A stretch of 64,000 bases of DNA from Heteronotia binoei (taxonomy: Eukaryota), in the NCBI RefSeq assembly GCF_032191835.1, contig NC_083237.1, positions 18,166,001-18,230,000 on the forward strand, read 5' to 3'. A program made the position numbers and the translations under genes. The notes below the pieces were generated by a model that was not told the DNA's origin, made no database searches, and worked only from the letters and a program-made list of their open reading frames with translations. This document shows positions 33,530 through 44,886 of this stretch, piece after piece; position 1 is the stretch's first letter, and every line of letters starts with the position of its first letter.

Positions 33530-35569
33530 CTTGATCATCCTCCCAAAGAATTGCTGTGTGTTAAATTCTTGCAAAAGGAGGAAGGTGGAGCTTGCGAATG
33601 GGAGTAGGGCGCAAAGAACAGCCATGTGAAGAAGCCTGAGGGCCAAGGCAGATGGGGTCCTTAGAGTAGAAAACAAGATATGTGTGCTTGTATTTCAGTA
33701 CTAAATGTTTCTGAGCCAAGAAAGAGAAGCTGAAGAACTTGGCGCCGAACGACAATATAGGTACAGTGGGCATTTCAGAAAACTGGAGGAACAGGGAAAG
33801 TCTATCGAACACCATTATTCCTGGATATAAAGTCTACAGAGAGGACAGGCAGGAACATACTTGGGTGGTGTTGTTCTGTATATCAAATAGGAAGACAGTC
33901 TAATTTTCAACATATACTCACACATCCTCCTTTTTTCACACTCACAATTAGTCAACAGTTGGCTAGTTGGTTTGACTGAGACATAGGATAAGATGAACTA
34001 TTGGTTTGTTGTACCCAAGTATTTTTTAGATTTTTTTAAAGTATGCCCTGTTTTCCAATTTTAGTGATTACTGGATTTATATTTTGTATCTTTGGTTACT
34101 TCTAATTGACCACTGCAAGTTCCAGTCTTTTTAAATTGAAGTACTCTGTATGCAGCTGTTCTACAACTATGCAATGTATATCCTCTTTAATTATTGTATT
34201 ATCTTTTGCACAATCTTAATAAATACTTTTTAAAAAAAATTAAAAGAAGGAACAAGAAGTAATGGTTGTGACCAAAGGGGAGAATGTTGCAATACTGCAT
34301 GACTTCAGAGAGGCAGTTTGGTGTAGTGGTTAAGTGTGCAGACTCTTATCTGGGAGGACCAGGTTTGATTCCCCATTCCTCCACTTGCAGCTGCTGGAAT
34401 GGCCTTGGGTCAGCCATAGCTATCGCAGAGCTTGTCCTTGAAAGGGCAGCTTCTCTCAGAGCTCTATCAGCCCCACCTACCTCACAGGGTGCTTGTTGTG
34501 GGGGAGGAAGATAAATGGGATTATGAGCCGCTCTGAGTGGAGGGTGGAATATAAATCCAATGTCTTCGTCTTCTTCTTCTTCTTCAGCTATTCTCTCATT
34601 GATCGGTGCAAACATGTGCTCAGGTATTGCCATAGAAGCAAGCTTTTTAGTTATAAATTACTGTGCCCTGGAGCAGTTCATCAAAGAGCCAACTAGAGAT
34701 GTAGCAAATCTGAATTTGAAGGGGGGCTGGAGATCTGGTGCCAGATGTCAATGTTGGTGCACCAGCTGGGAACACTGGCCACAATACTATCAACTTCAGC
34801 ATTCAGATCAACAGAAATTTGCCCCCAAGGTCCAAAACAATCCCTTTTGATTTCAAAAGAGGGAAATTTGCTAAAATGAGACAACTAGTCAGGAGAAAGA
34901 TAAACAGAATCATGTTAAGAGAGTCAAATTCTTCCAGAATGCCCAGAAACTAAGCTGATCGAGGCCTGGATAAAATCCATACCTCAAGAAAGGTACCAAC
35001 AAGTCTAAGGGAATGTCTGCATGGTTAACAACTGCATGGTTAAGTCAAAGAAGCAATAAAAGGCAAAAAAGATTATTTTCCTAGTAAAGGTGAACAGAAA
35101 GGAGCACAAGTGAATGTAAGTCGACAATAAGCAGAAAAAAAAATTGACGAGTGGGTGGTCAAAAATGTTTAGACAAACGATAAGAATTTTTCCAGATATA
35201 TCAGGTGCAGGAAACTGTCTTAGATTACAGGAATAAAAGGATTGCTAATGAGAAACCAAATGAATTCTTCACAGCTGTATTCAGTGTGTATTCAGGACCT
35301 GGAGCACATATCCAGGCCAGAGCCACTGTTTTTTCTTAAGGATTTCTGAGGAACTGAGTCAAATTGAGGTAACAAAAGATGACATTCTAGGACTACTAGG
35401 CAAACTCAAAACTAATAACTATTCTGGTCCAGTGTCTGAACCTAGCCTACTTAAAGGCACTGTTGTGAGGATAAAATGGAGAGAAGAACTCTACAATCTA
35501 CACAAAGTTGTGTGGGTGGGCTAAAGAGGTGGTAGACAGACTAGTGACATCCGTATTATTGGATTCCAG

Positions 35570-36508
35570 ATGGAGTTGGCCAATGGGACTGGAGTGCAGG
35601 AATTCATTCTGATGAGCTTTGGTGGTGGACAACAGAAGCGGCTCCTGCTCCTTGTCTTTTTCACCATTCTCTATGTGCTCACATTGGCTGAGAACATCAC
35701 CATCATTACACTAGTGTTTTTAGATATCCACTTGTCCCGGCAGCCCATGTACAACTTGCTGAGCAACTTCTCCTGGCCAGAGATTTGTTATGTGAGTGCC
35801 ACAGTGCCCCGGATGCTTTTTGACCTGACGTTCCCTCATGGGATCATTACTTTCCGCTCCTGCTTCCTTCACTTCTACATCTTCTTCTCACTGGGCACCA
35901 CTGAATGCTTCTTCCTCTCAGCCATGGCCTTGGATCGGTACTTGGCTATCTGTCACCCTCTGCAATACCCACAAATTATGTCCCAAGACTTCTGCTGTTC
36001 TCTAATGGTCCTTTGTTGGATCCTTGGCTTCCTGTGGCACATTTTTCCAGTGATTTTGATCTCCAAGTTGTCCTTCTGTGGCCCCAATGTCATTGACCAT
36101 CTCTTGTGTGATCCTGGACCAATTCTATCCTTGGCCTGCCCGCCACTAGGAATTGCCCCTAAAGTCTGTGAGATTTTTATGAATGTGGGGATTTTAGGTA
36201 ATGCTTTCTTCGTTGTGCTGTCCTATAGTGTTGTGATTCTGACCCTACTGAAAGCTTCCTTCCAAGGCAATTAAAGGAAGGCCTTCTCTACTATATCTTT
36301 CCACCTAGTGGTGGTGACACTTTTCTATGGCTCACTGGCAGTGGTGTATTTAACTCCAGCTGGAGAGAGTCATTCAGAGTTGACTAAAGCAGTGACTGTT
36401 TTCTACACAGCTATTACTCCTTTTCTCAACCCCTTGATCTATTGTTTGAGGAATGATCAGGTGAAGGAGGCATTCCACAGGCTGCTGAGAAGAATGACAT
36501 CAGTGTAA
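35570..36508 (+). pseudogene. Olfactory receptor pseudogene (paralog of 14956..15894)
   Basis: In-frame TAA at 36272-36274 (CGA in copy A). The frame continues to the same stop at 36508. Also SWLEIC->SWPEIC in TM2. Confidence 0.93.
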
Positions 36509-36937
36509 GATTGAAGAAGCAAAGGAGGAGGGAAAACAAAACATTCAGCTGACCAGGCTAAAAGACAGAATGCATATATTCACCAGGCATCGGATTCAGT
36601 GGGAGCTCACAGGAGCACAGCTCCTGAACCTTTCTGAGAGTTCCACCTCCTCCTTCCCACCTTGTCCATTGAATAGTAGGTGCATCTGCATAACAATCCT
36701 GGATGAGCTTCACCACCTATTTTTCTACAAAATGACCCCTGATATTCACTATTGGTCAAGAGAGGCATGTCTTAACCTTTCATTTTTGTTTTACATTGCC
36801 CAATCAGGGTGCAGAAAAATTAAGCTAGGATTAGGGGGAGTTCAGCTGTAGAGACAACCTGCCACTAGAACAAAGTTTTCTTCTCGCTTTGAAAATGAAT
36901 TGCAGGTGGTTGTTTTTTAAAAAGAGAGGTATGGTTC

Positions 36938-38285
36938 GGGAGGGCGAGGCGTCGCTGAGCTATGGTGGATGCATTCAAGTGAAGCTCTGACTCTTCCCCT
37001 CCTAATTCTGGGCGCTTCGCCTACAACACGGACTCAAAATCGTTTTGCAGATGGGAAAATCTCTCAAACCTTAATCCACAGCGAAAGCCAAGATCAAAAA
37101 CAGGGGGAAACCCACAACAGAAGCTTCGCAATCGGTAAGAGATTTTTTCATACCGGGATCTCCCCCTATTCAAATGGGCTCTTCTCCCTCTGCAGATCCT
37201 ATAATGGCCCCTGGGCAAAACGTTACTGATGGCCCACAAGAGGAGGGTGAAGAAGCCCCAATTTGTAGAAGAGATCTGAACATGCTGCGAGAAGACATTC
37301 ATACTTATTTTACAAAAACAGTGGAAGCCTTGTTGGTTCCTGTTAATAAACACATTGATGAAGTGGCTAGTGAACTAGAAGTCACTTCGAAAATGGCGGA
37401 ACGGTCTGCTGAAATATCTTTGTCGTTGCAAGAAGAAGTAAAGCATTTAAAAGCAAAAGAGTCTTTGCTCAACACTAGAATAATATCCTTGGAAAATCGT
37501 TGGAGAGCCCTGAATTTAAAATTTCGAGGGATCAGAGAGGGCGCGGAGGAGAATATGGATCTTGCTGCTTTCCTATCACAATGGTTAGCTCGGGTTTTTA
37601 AACAAGAAGGTGGCGCATCTCCAGCCATTGCTAAAGCTCTGAGGCTTGGACCCTTAGTAATGGCGCGCAAAGAAAAACTGCGGGACATTTAGGTGCAGTT
37701 TCTCTACCCCAAGACAAGAGAAAAAATTCTGAGGGAAGCCCGGCTGCGAGGCTATTTTTTGTTTGAAGGGCAGAAGGTGATTGTGCTACTAGACCTGCCA
37801 CCAGAGGCATTAGAAAAGCAGAAGAGCCTAAAGTTTTTTGCTTCAAAATTGTACCATGCTAATATAAAGTTTCATTGGAGCCGCATCTCAGATATCTTGG
37901 TGTATAAAGGAGGCACGCTGTTTAAAGCTTCGAACATCACTACAGGGAAGTTACTTCTTCAAAATTTGAACTTAAGTCTATCAAAAACAGAAGAGGAAGA
38001 ACTGAGCGCTGATGCTCCCATATCAGAGGAACCACGCATGCCTGAAGCTACTTGAACTCTCAGCTTTATAATTAGATAGTTTAGCATCACCATTTGAACT
38101 TGTGTATTTGAGTTGCTGAGTTGCCATTGCACAAACAATGGAATTAAAGCATTCACCTTTCAAGTTTTTTATTTTTTATAGGATAAAGCATATAATAAGT
38201 TTTATAGAGTGTTAAAAATTAATGAATGATGCATCACATATCCTGGTTTTATAATCATTGATGAATTTTCTTACTTATATTTTTT
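36938..38285 (+). mobile_element. ORF1-only non-autonomous L1 derivative (HAL1-like), 1348 bp
   Basis: TSD aaagagaggtatggttc (36921-36937, 38286-38302); empty site in copy A at ~16308-16325. It carries a complete L1-type ORF1 and no ORF2 sequence. Confidence 0.8.
37174..38055 (+). pseudogene. L1 ORF1p homolog (coiled coil, RRM, CTD), 293 codons with one in-frame TAG
   Basis: ORFs 37174..37692 and 37693..38055 are in the same frame. SLENRWRALNLKFRGIREG resembles the L1 ORF1 RRM start LENRSRRNNLRIxG; ..LRDI*VQF..; LDLPPEALEKQKSLK resembles the CTD motif. Confidence 0.85.
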
Positions 38286-40250
38286 AAAGAGAGGTATGGT
38301 TCTCCTGCAGTTTTTTGGGAGTTAAAAAACAGCCAAAGAATCTGGGTTCTAGGTCTTCATGTTGATAGAGCATGCGTCAACTCTTATGTGGCAGTAGGGA
38401 CAATTCTGTTCAAGCAAATTACCTTTATGCCTTAGAATATCCTAAATATCTCAACATTTACTTTGGTCTGTTTCAGCATTCTGCTTTCAGCTCAGGTGCA
38501 AAGCAAATATTTAGGTATCCCTTATATCTACTGTTTTGTGTTTTTGCCAACCAAATACTATGAAAGCAATTGAATATGTATGGAATGAACTGAGTGCAAT
38601 TTAATATGAATGGAACGCACTGCCGCTTGAGGTGGTGATGGCTGCCAGCGTAGACAGCTTCAAGAGGGGATTGGATAAGCATATGGAGCAGAGGTCAATC
38701 AGCCACAGCATATTGTTGGTACTTTCTGTCTGGGGTATTCTTGGTGCGGGGGGGAGGGCATAGTGGGAGGGCTTCTAGTGTCCTGGCCCCACTGATGGAC
38801 TTCCTGATGACGCCTGGTTTTTTTGGCCACTGTGTGACTACAGAGTGTTGGAATGGATGAGCCATTGGCCTGATTCAGCATGGCTTCTCTTATGTTCTTA
38901 CTTCATGGTTCGTTTTATTAGAGTATTTGTTCCCTGTATATTATCCAAATTTTATCTACTTTTCCAGTAAAATCTGATAAATTTTATATGTCCACTCTCC
39001 TTGTAGATTCCCTTAATTAAATCATACGTAAGGTAGCCAGATTTTGCACTTTAGCTCAGTTGATGAGGAAACAGATGTTTCAATTCTTTCATTAACTGCC
39101 TTGCATTTCTAACACTGGCGCTTAACAGGGTTATTGGTTTTGTATGCTGCTATCTAATTTAGCTTGTACCCTTAGGTTGGCTGATCTTGGATCATAATAA
39201 ATAAAACAAAATGAAATCTTCTGCTGGTTTAAGAAATAAAATATAATTGTTTGTTCTTTTATGTGGCAACCTCAGTTGTGTGATTTTTGTAGGCTCTATG
39301 AAATGCAATTAAAAACTTAGATGCAAAGATCAAATGTTATAGATCTTAAATTAGACCATGGTTGTAGACACTGTGTGCATACAGATGCACACATGTGTAC
39401 TTGAACCAGGGCAAAACTCCCCCCTCCCCACACTATTTCGGCATGAAAAACATTTTAGATATTTCATCACCTTTAAGATATATCACATTAACATTGTTTT
39501 ATTTTTTAAAAAACCTTAAGTTTTATGTTTGATCTGGTCCTCTGAGCAACAGAGGAGCTCATTCCAGAAAAAATATCCAAAGCAAACATTTCTGATTAAT
39601 ACAACTCCCTCCACCCAGTGACATTAACCAGAAAATGACAAATACAACAAACTGGCTGATAGATAGTGTGAGGTAGTGGTGAAATTGTTGGACAAAGAGT
39701 GAGGAGACCTGGGTTCAAGTCTCTCTGCTGCCATTCTATTCACTGAATGACCTTTGTCCAGTTACCTTCTTTTGCTCTCATTTTCCTTATACGTTATTGT
39801 GAAGATCAAATGGAGGAGAGATGATGGACACTGATGGACTGAGATCACTTCTGGTTTTGTGTCAGAAGTAACATCATGTATCAGCCTGATGCTGAATTCC
39901 ACCCCCTCCCCAATTTCCATTCACCAGCCTGTCAAGGGGTGGTAAGAAAGGGGATCCAGGCCAGGTGGTCTCCAAATATAGTGAAAGACCTGCCCTGCAA
40001 TGACTATCCTCACTGCAACAGAGCTCATTCTCCCACCCACATTCACCTATTGTGTTTATAATCTGTAGCACTGATGAAATCGGGGTGAGGAGAGGAGAAG
40101 AAGAAGGCAATGTGTACTGCTGTTTACAGGACTGGTATCATATATCTAAACCTGAACTAGGTCATAGAGTGCGGATCAACAAATCTACAAAATGGGCTAG
40201 GGACGACTGTGGGAGGGGATTTCTCTACAACCTGAAGGAAGTTCCAGGTT

Positions 40251-42393
40251 TGTGTTTTAACAATTTATTGATATCATATCGTTATACAACTTAGTTATTT
40301 CTTAATTATCTCAATATTAATCCGTATGACATTTCAATCCCCCCTCCCTCCAATGTTGTATTTTAACAATTCATTAATAACCTACGGTTACGATGTTTAG
40401 TTATATCTTTTCTATCCCTAACCCATATGATATTTTCAATCCCCCCTCCCTCCGTTATAAGACTTACCCCGAAGTTATATATTTAAATCCAAATATAAAG
40501 GTATCCCAAACCCATCAAAACACACTATCTTTTTCTTCTCATTCATATTAAAAGATTGTCCAATGTCTTTTTACGTTCCATTCTAACTCTATATATTTTT
40601 TAAATTTCTTCCACTCCTTTTTAAACACTTCCAGATCATAGTCTCTCAGAGTTCTTGTTAATTTATCCATCTCGCTCCACGATAAAACTTTCACAATCCA
40701 GTCCCATTTCTCTGGTATTTTTTCTTGTTTCCACAGCTGCGCATACAATGTCCTAGCAGCTGAGAGCAGATACCAAATTAAAGTCCTATCTTCTTTTGGA
40801 AATTTTTCTATTTGTAATCCTATCAGAAAGGTCTCTGCCACTTTCTTGAAGTCATAGCCCAAAATTTTAGAAATTTCTTGTTGTATCATCCGCCAAAAGT
40901 TTTTTGCTTTTTCACAGGTCCAAGCTTTTTGAAAGCCTTTATTTATGATTTTTCCTGCTATGTCCTTGGACCTTAGTTTCACAACGATATCTCTGGGTAG
41001 GCCTTTGTTTTTTGCATATGATGAGTTGACTCTATAGACACTGTCCAGCATACTTCTGAATTTTTCAGGATCCTCTTCTAAGTATTCAGCAATGATTTTC
41101 ACCATGTAGTCCATTAAATCTGTTTCCTCTCTTTCAGGTAGTCCTCTCAGACGCACTTGTGTTTCCATCGATCTGCAGTCGTGGATTGTAACCCTTTCTT
41201 GAAGTTTTAACAAAGTAGAGGCTTGTGTATCCACTTTCTCTTCAACTTGTTTAACTCTGTTTCCCAGTTCATCTTTAAAGCCCTCAATATCTTTCCTAAG
41301 ATCACCAATATCTTTTTTCAGTTCTTTTTTAAGGGCCAATAACATTTTATCCATTCCTTTCATCATCTTGGGTTCTAATACATCAAATTGATTTGCATCT
41401 TGCCAAAAGAATGAGCCCTTGATCGGGTTACTCTCTCTTCTGACATAAAAAACTCACCAAACCTAAAAAGGTCTCCAAATTAAAATTCAACACCAAGTCC
41501 AATAGCTTAGAGTGTGCTGTTTAAAATAAAGCTAATTTCATCTTCCTCCCATCTTCCTGGGCTGAGATATTGATTTTCAACAAATTTGGCTATTTTCCCC
41601 CATTTTAAAATGGCAATCGTTCTTTGTCTATGGTTACACAGAGTCTTAGAGAGGTCCTTCTTCAATCTTGGTTTTAATTCCTTCCTGGTTCAAGTGTAAC
41701 AACTTTGTAATCCTTGTAGGCTTCACCTCATTGGCCAGTAGGTTTTACTTCCCAGTTCAGGTTACTCAGTTCCCGTCTTTCAAATATCGCAGCTTTTGAA
41801 ATTTGCAGATAAGAATGTGGAGTGTTGAACAGAAGAGCCTGCGTCATCAACCTCAGGAATGTAAACAATTTCCTTCTTTTACAAATTCTATTTAAGTCTT
41901 TAGTTTCCAAAAGTTCAAATTTAGCAGGCAGTTATCTCCTTCTCTTTCGCTTCACTTCTATTTATTTTTAATTTTCAAGGCTATTCAGATTAGCTTAAAG
42001 AGTCTCAGGAGCAAAAACATTGAATAACGGTACCTTGTCAGCTTATGCTCTTTCACTTCGGCTTCTTAGTTAGTTATCTTGCAGTTATAAATCAGTCCTT
42101 GAAGTGCCTGGGTTCCGACAGGCTTAGGTCAATTTAATGGCTTTTTAATCCTTTGTAGATGATGGAAGACGCTCCCCCACCGTCGGATCTCAAAGCTCAA
42201 AAAAAGGGGGCTTCAGCCACCTAATTTCAGCTGAGATCAGCAACTAAAGGAGTTTAGGCGTCATCTTTGTCTAATCTCTGGCTGAGATGAGTGAGCAGGG
42301 CCCCCGAAAGGGTCTTTCTGCCCTAAACAAAGGAAAAAAAATCCCCCTTATTTAGAGGGCTGCAGCTCTGCCGTCAGCTCAGACCGGAAGTCC
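40251..42393 (-). mobile_element. Internally deleted mini-L1 (5' UTR, ORF1::ORF2-C-terminus fusion, 3' UTR), 2143 bp
   Basis: 14-bp TSD ggaagttccaggtt (40237-40250, 42394-42407); empty site in copy A at ~18410. 5' end ggacttccgg; 3' end aataaattgttaaaacacaa. Confidence 0.9.
40548..41366 (-). CDS. Chimeric ORF: L1 ORF1 (coiled coil + RRM) fused in frame to the last ~125 aa of ORF2
   Basis: ..QVRLRGLPEREETDL..LPRDIVVKLRSKDIAGKIINKGFQK|AWTCEKAKNFWRMIQQEISKILG..HWTIF*, with no internal stop over 272 aa. The native ATG is probably 41446 (MSEERVTRSR..), now separated by a 1-bp frameshift. Confidence 0.75.
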   Translation of the reverse strand: MMKGMDKMLLALKKELKKDIGDLRKDIEGFKDELGNRVKQVEEKVDTQASTLLKLQERVTIHDCRSMETQVRLRGLPEREETDLMDYMVKIIAEYLEEDPEKFRSMLDSVYRVNSSYAKNKGLPRDIVVKLRSKDIAGKIINKGFQKAWTCEKAKNFWRMIQQEISKILGYDFKKVAETFLIGLQIEKFPKEDRTLIWYLLSAARTLYAQLWKQEKIPEKWDWIVKVLSWSEMDKLTRTLRDYDLEVFKKEWKKFKKYIELEWNVKRHWTIF

Positions 42394-43345
42394 GGAAGTT
42401 CCAGGTTGGAAGGGGGGAAACGCCTTGAATTCTAAGAAAAGATACATCGTAAATCAAAAAAACTAAAACTCCCTAAAATAACAGAATGCCTGGAGCGCTA
42501 AGAAAAGAATGCCTACTGAGCTCTCAGTCACCATGTTGGAGATTGCCAGGCAACCACAACAATACTGTTGAGCCCTCAAAGTCTTGGTTTTTGTATCACT
42601 TTGGGGGTGATGCTCTAGTTTCTGGTCAAAACTCTATGGTTTGTAGCCAATTTTGCCATAGAATTTCCCCAAAAAAACTAGAGCATTGTCATGTGACATT
42701 GGTGACATGATGATATCACTTCTGAGCAATGTCATCATATCACCTTTTGGGCCAGTTGGGGGCAGGATTTCCCCCCTGCCAGCCTGCTGGCTGGTGATTG
42801 AGAAGCGCCTCCACATAGGCAGTGGTTCCCTCATCCCCAGCGATGACCTTAGGTGGGATGGCATCAAGACTGAGCCAATAATCCTGAGGGAAAAGATCAG
42901 TTCTTTCTCACCACAAATAAACAATTTTCCATGGAAAATGGACAAGTATCTCATATATCCCACTGTGACTGTGTTAATTAAGAACATCAGAGAAGCCATG
43001 TTGGATCAGGCCAATGACCCATCCATTCCAACACTCTGTGTCACACAGTGGCCAAAAAAACCAAGTGCCATCAGGAGGTCCCATCAGTGGAACAGGACAC
43101 TAGAAGCCTTCCTACTGTTGCCCCTCTCCCAAGCACCCAGAATACAGAGCATCACTGCCCCAGACAGAGAGTTCCAACAATACACTGTGGCTAACAGCCA
43201 CTGATGGACCTCTGCTCCATATGCTTATCCAATTCCCTCTTGAAGCTGTCTATGCTTATAGCCACGACTACCTCCTGTGGCAGTGAATTCTATGTGTTAA
43301 TCACCCTTTGGGTGAAGTACTTCCTTTTTTCAGTTCTAACCACAC

Positions 43346-44045
43346 TGTTCAGCAAATTACTCACACAAGCTTGTTTTCTTGAACAAAGTTCTGGTTCAGT
43401 GGCACCTTTAAGACCAACAAAGTTTTATTCAAGGTATAAACTTCTGTGTGCATGCACACTTCCTCAGATACATAGAAATGGAAGTTACCAGTCCAAACAT
43501 ATAGGTAAAGCTTGAACAGCAAATTAGCATACAACATATTGAAAACGTTTTATGCTTGGTTTCTTAGTATTGTTGAAATAACAGAAGCAATTTTATCACA
43601 TGATTCATATAGGCAGTGTTCTCCTTTGTATTATGGGTATGTCCCTACAACTTCCTTTATAGTTGCTAATCATTTTGGTTACTATTTAAAAAATCTCAAA
43701 CATAGACATTTGATTATCTTTTTTTTGCAAGATGCAATTCACTCCCAACAGCTGAAAACACAGGAAGGCTTAAAGGAAATCCCTGGACTGAAAGAAATGG
43801 TTCTGGTGTCATCTTCAGCAACAGAAACCATCTCACATGTGCTATTACATGACCCTTGGCTTATTGAAGTTAGGCACGATATAGTGGAATCTCTTGGCAA
43901 CTCTGACATTCGGTGCTCTAATAATTACATTATTCTGCAACGGCTGTTTTCAAATGATGCGGGCTGGCTGGAAGCTGTTATTCGATTTCTTACATACATT
44001 TTTAAATGATCTTAGTATTTATTGGTTGTTTTTTTAAAAAAAAAA
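43346..44045 (+). mobile_element. Decayed RTE-X-like LINE 3' end
   Basis: Adjacent frames give ARCNSLPTAENTGRLKGNPWTER and ETISHVLLHDP..LEAVIRFL, resembling non-LTR C-terminal zinc-knuckle regions; ends in an A run. Deleted in copy A. Confidence 0.5.
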
Positions 44046-44886
44046 CTTGCACTGTTTTCATTTTATCCATAATCCCACCACCCTATGGTTGAAAGGATTG
44101 AGAAATGAAATAAAAATGAGCATAAATAAAGATTAGTATAAAGATTAGTATTGATAAATGAAATAAAGATTAGTAATATTTAGGGCAGTGGGGTCAAACG
44201 TGCAGACCAAGGGCTGAATCAGGCCCCCAGAGAGCTCCTGTCAGGCCCATAAGCAAGTCTGTTTCCTTCTCCCTTTTTCTTGCTTCCTTCAGTTATCAGA
44301 GGCTGTTAAATAAAACATTGCAAGAGTGCTACTCTTTGAAGCATGTTTTATTTAAAGTTTTGCTGTATATGTGATCGGTTATACGTATAACGTATGGTGT
44401 TCTTGCCTGGCTCACTGGAGCCTGTAGGATTGAGCTTGGGGACTCAGGACCAATAGGCAGCAGGATTCAAATCCCTGCTGCCCTTCTCCAATCACGGGCC
44501 CCCTGCTGGTTTGAATGGCCCAATAGCAGGCTAGCGTGGGAACCTTGAGTGTATATATAGTTGGCCCTGTTGGCTCAGTTTTCAGTCTTAGAGCACAGCC
44601 TATACAATGCTGTGATAATAATAAGACCTATGATTACTACCACCTCACCTCATCATTGCGTTGAACCCAAAATATTATAAGCTTTGTTTTGTTTTTTTGT
44701 TTTTTAAAAAAAGCTTTGTCTTTGTCTGTGTCCATTATAAAGTTTATGTCTCTGCTACTTGGCGTTACATTTTACGACACACATGGCCCAGCCTGACAAG
44801 GTCTCATTTCTGTCAGATCCGACCTTCGTAACAAATGAATTCACCTGGTTTAGGGTTTGTTTTTTCCCCCTGTTTCTTTCTTTTTT

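Noticed and set aside
43512-44009. Novel 165-aa host protein
   Set aside because: It is better explained as a frameshifted non-LTR retrotransposon C-terminus, and it is deleted in copy A.
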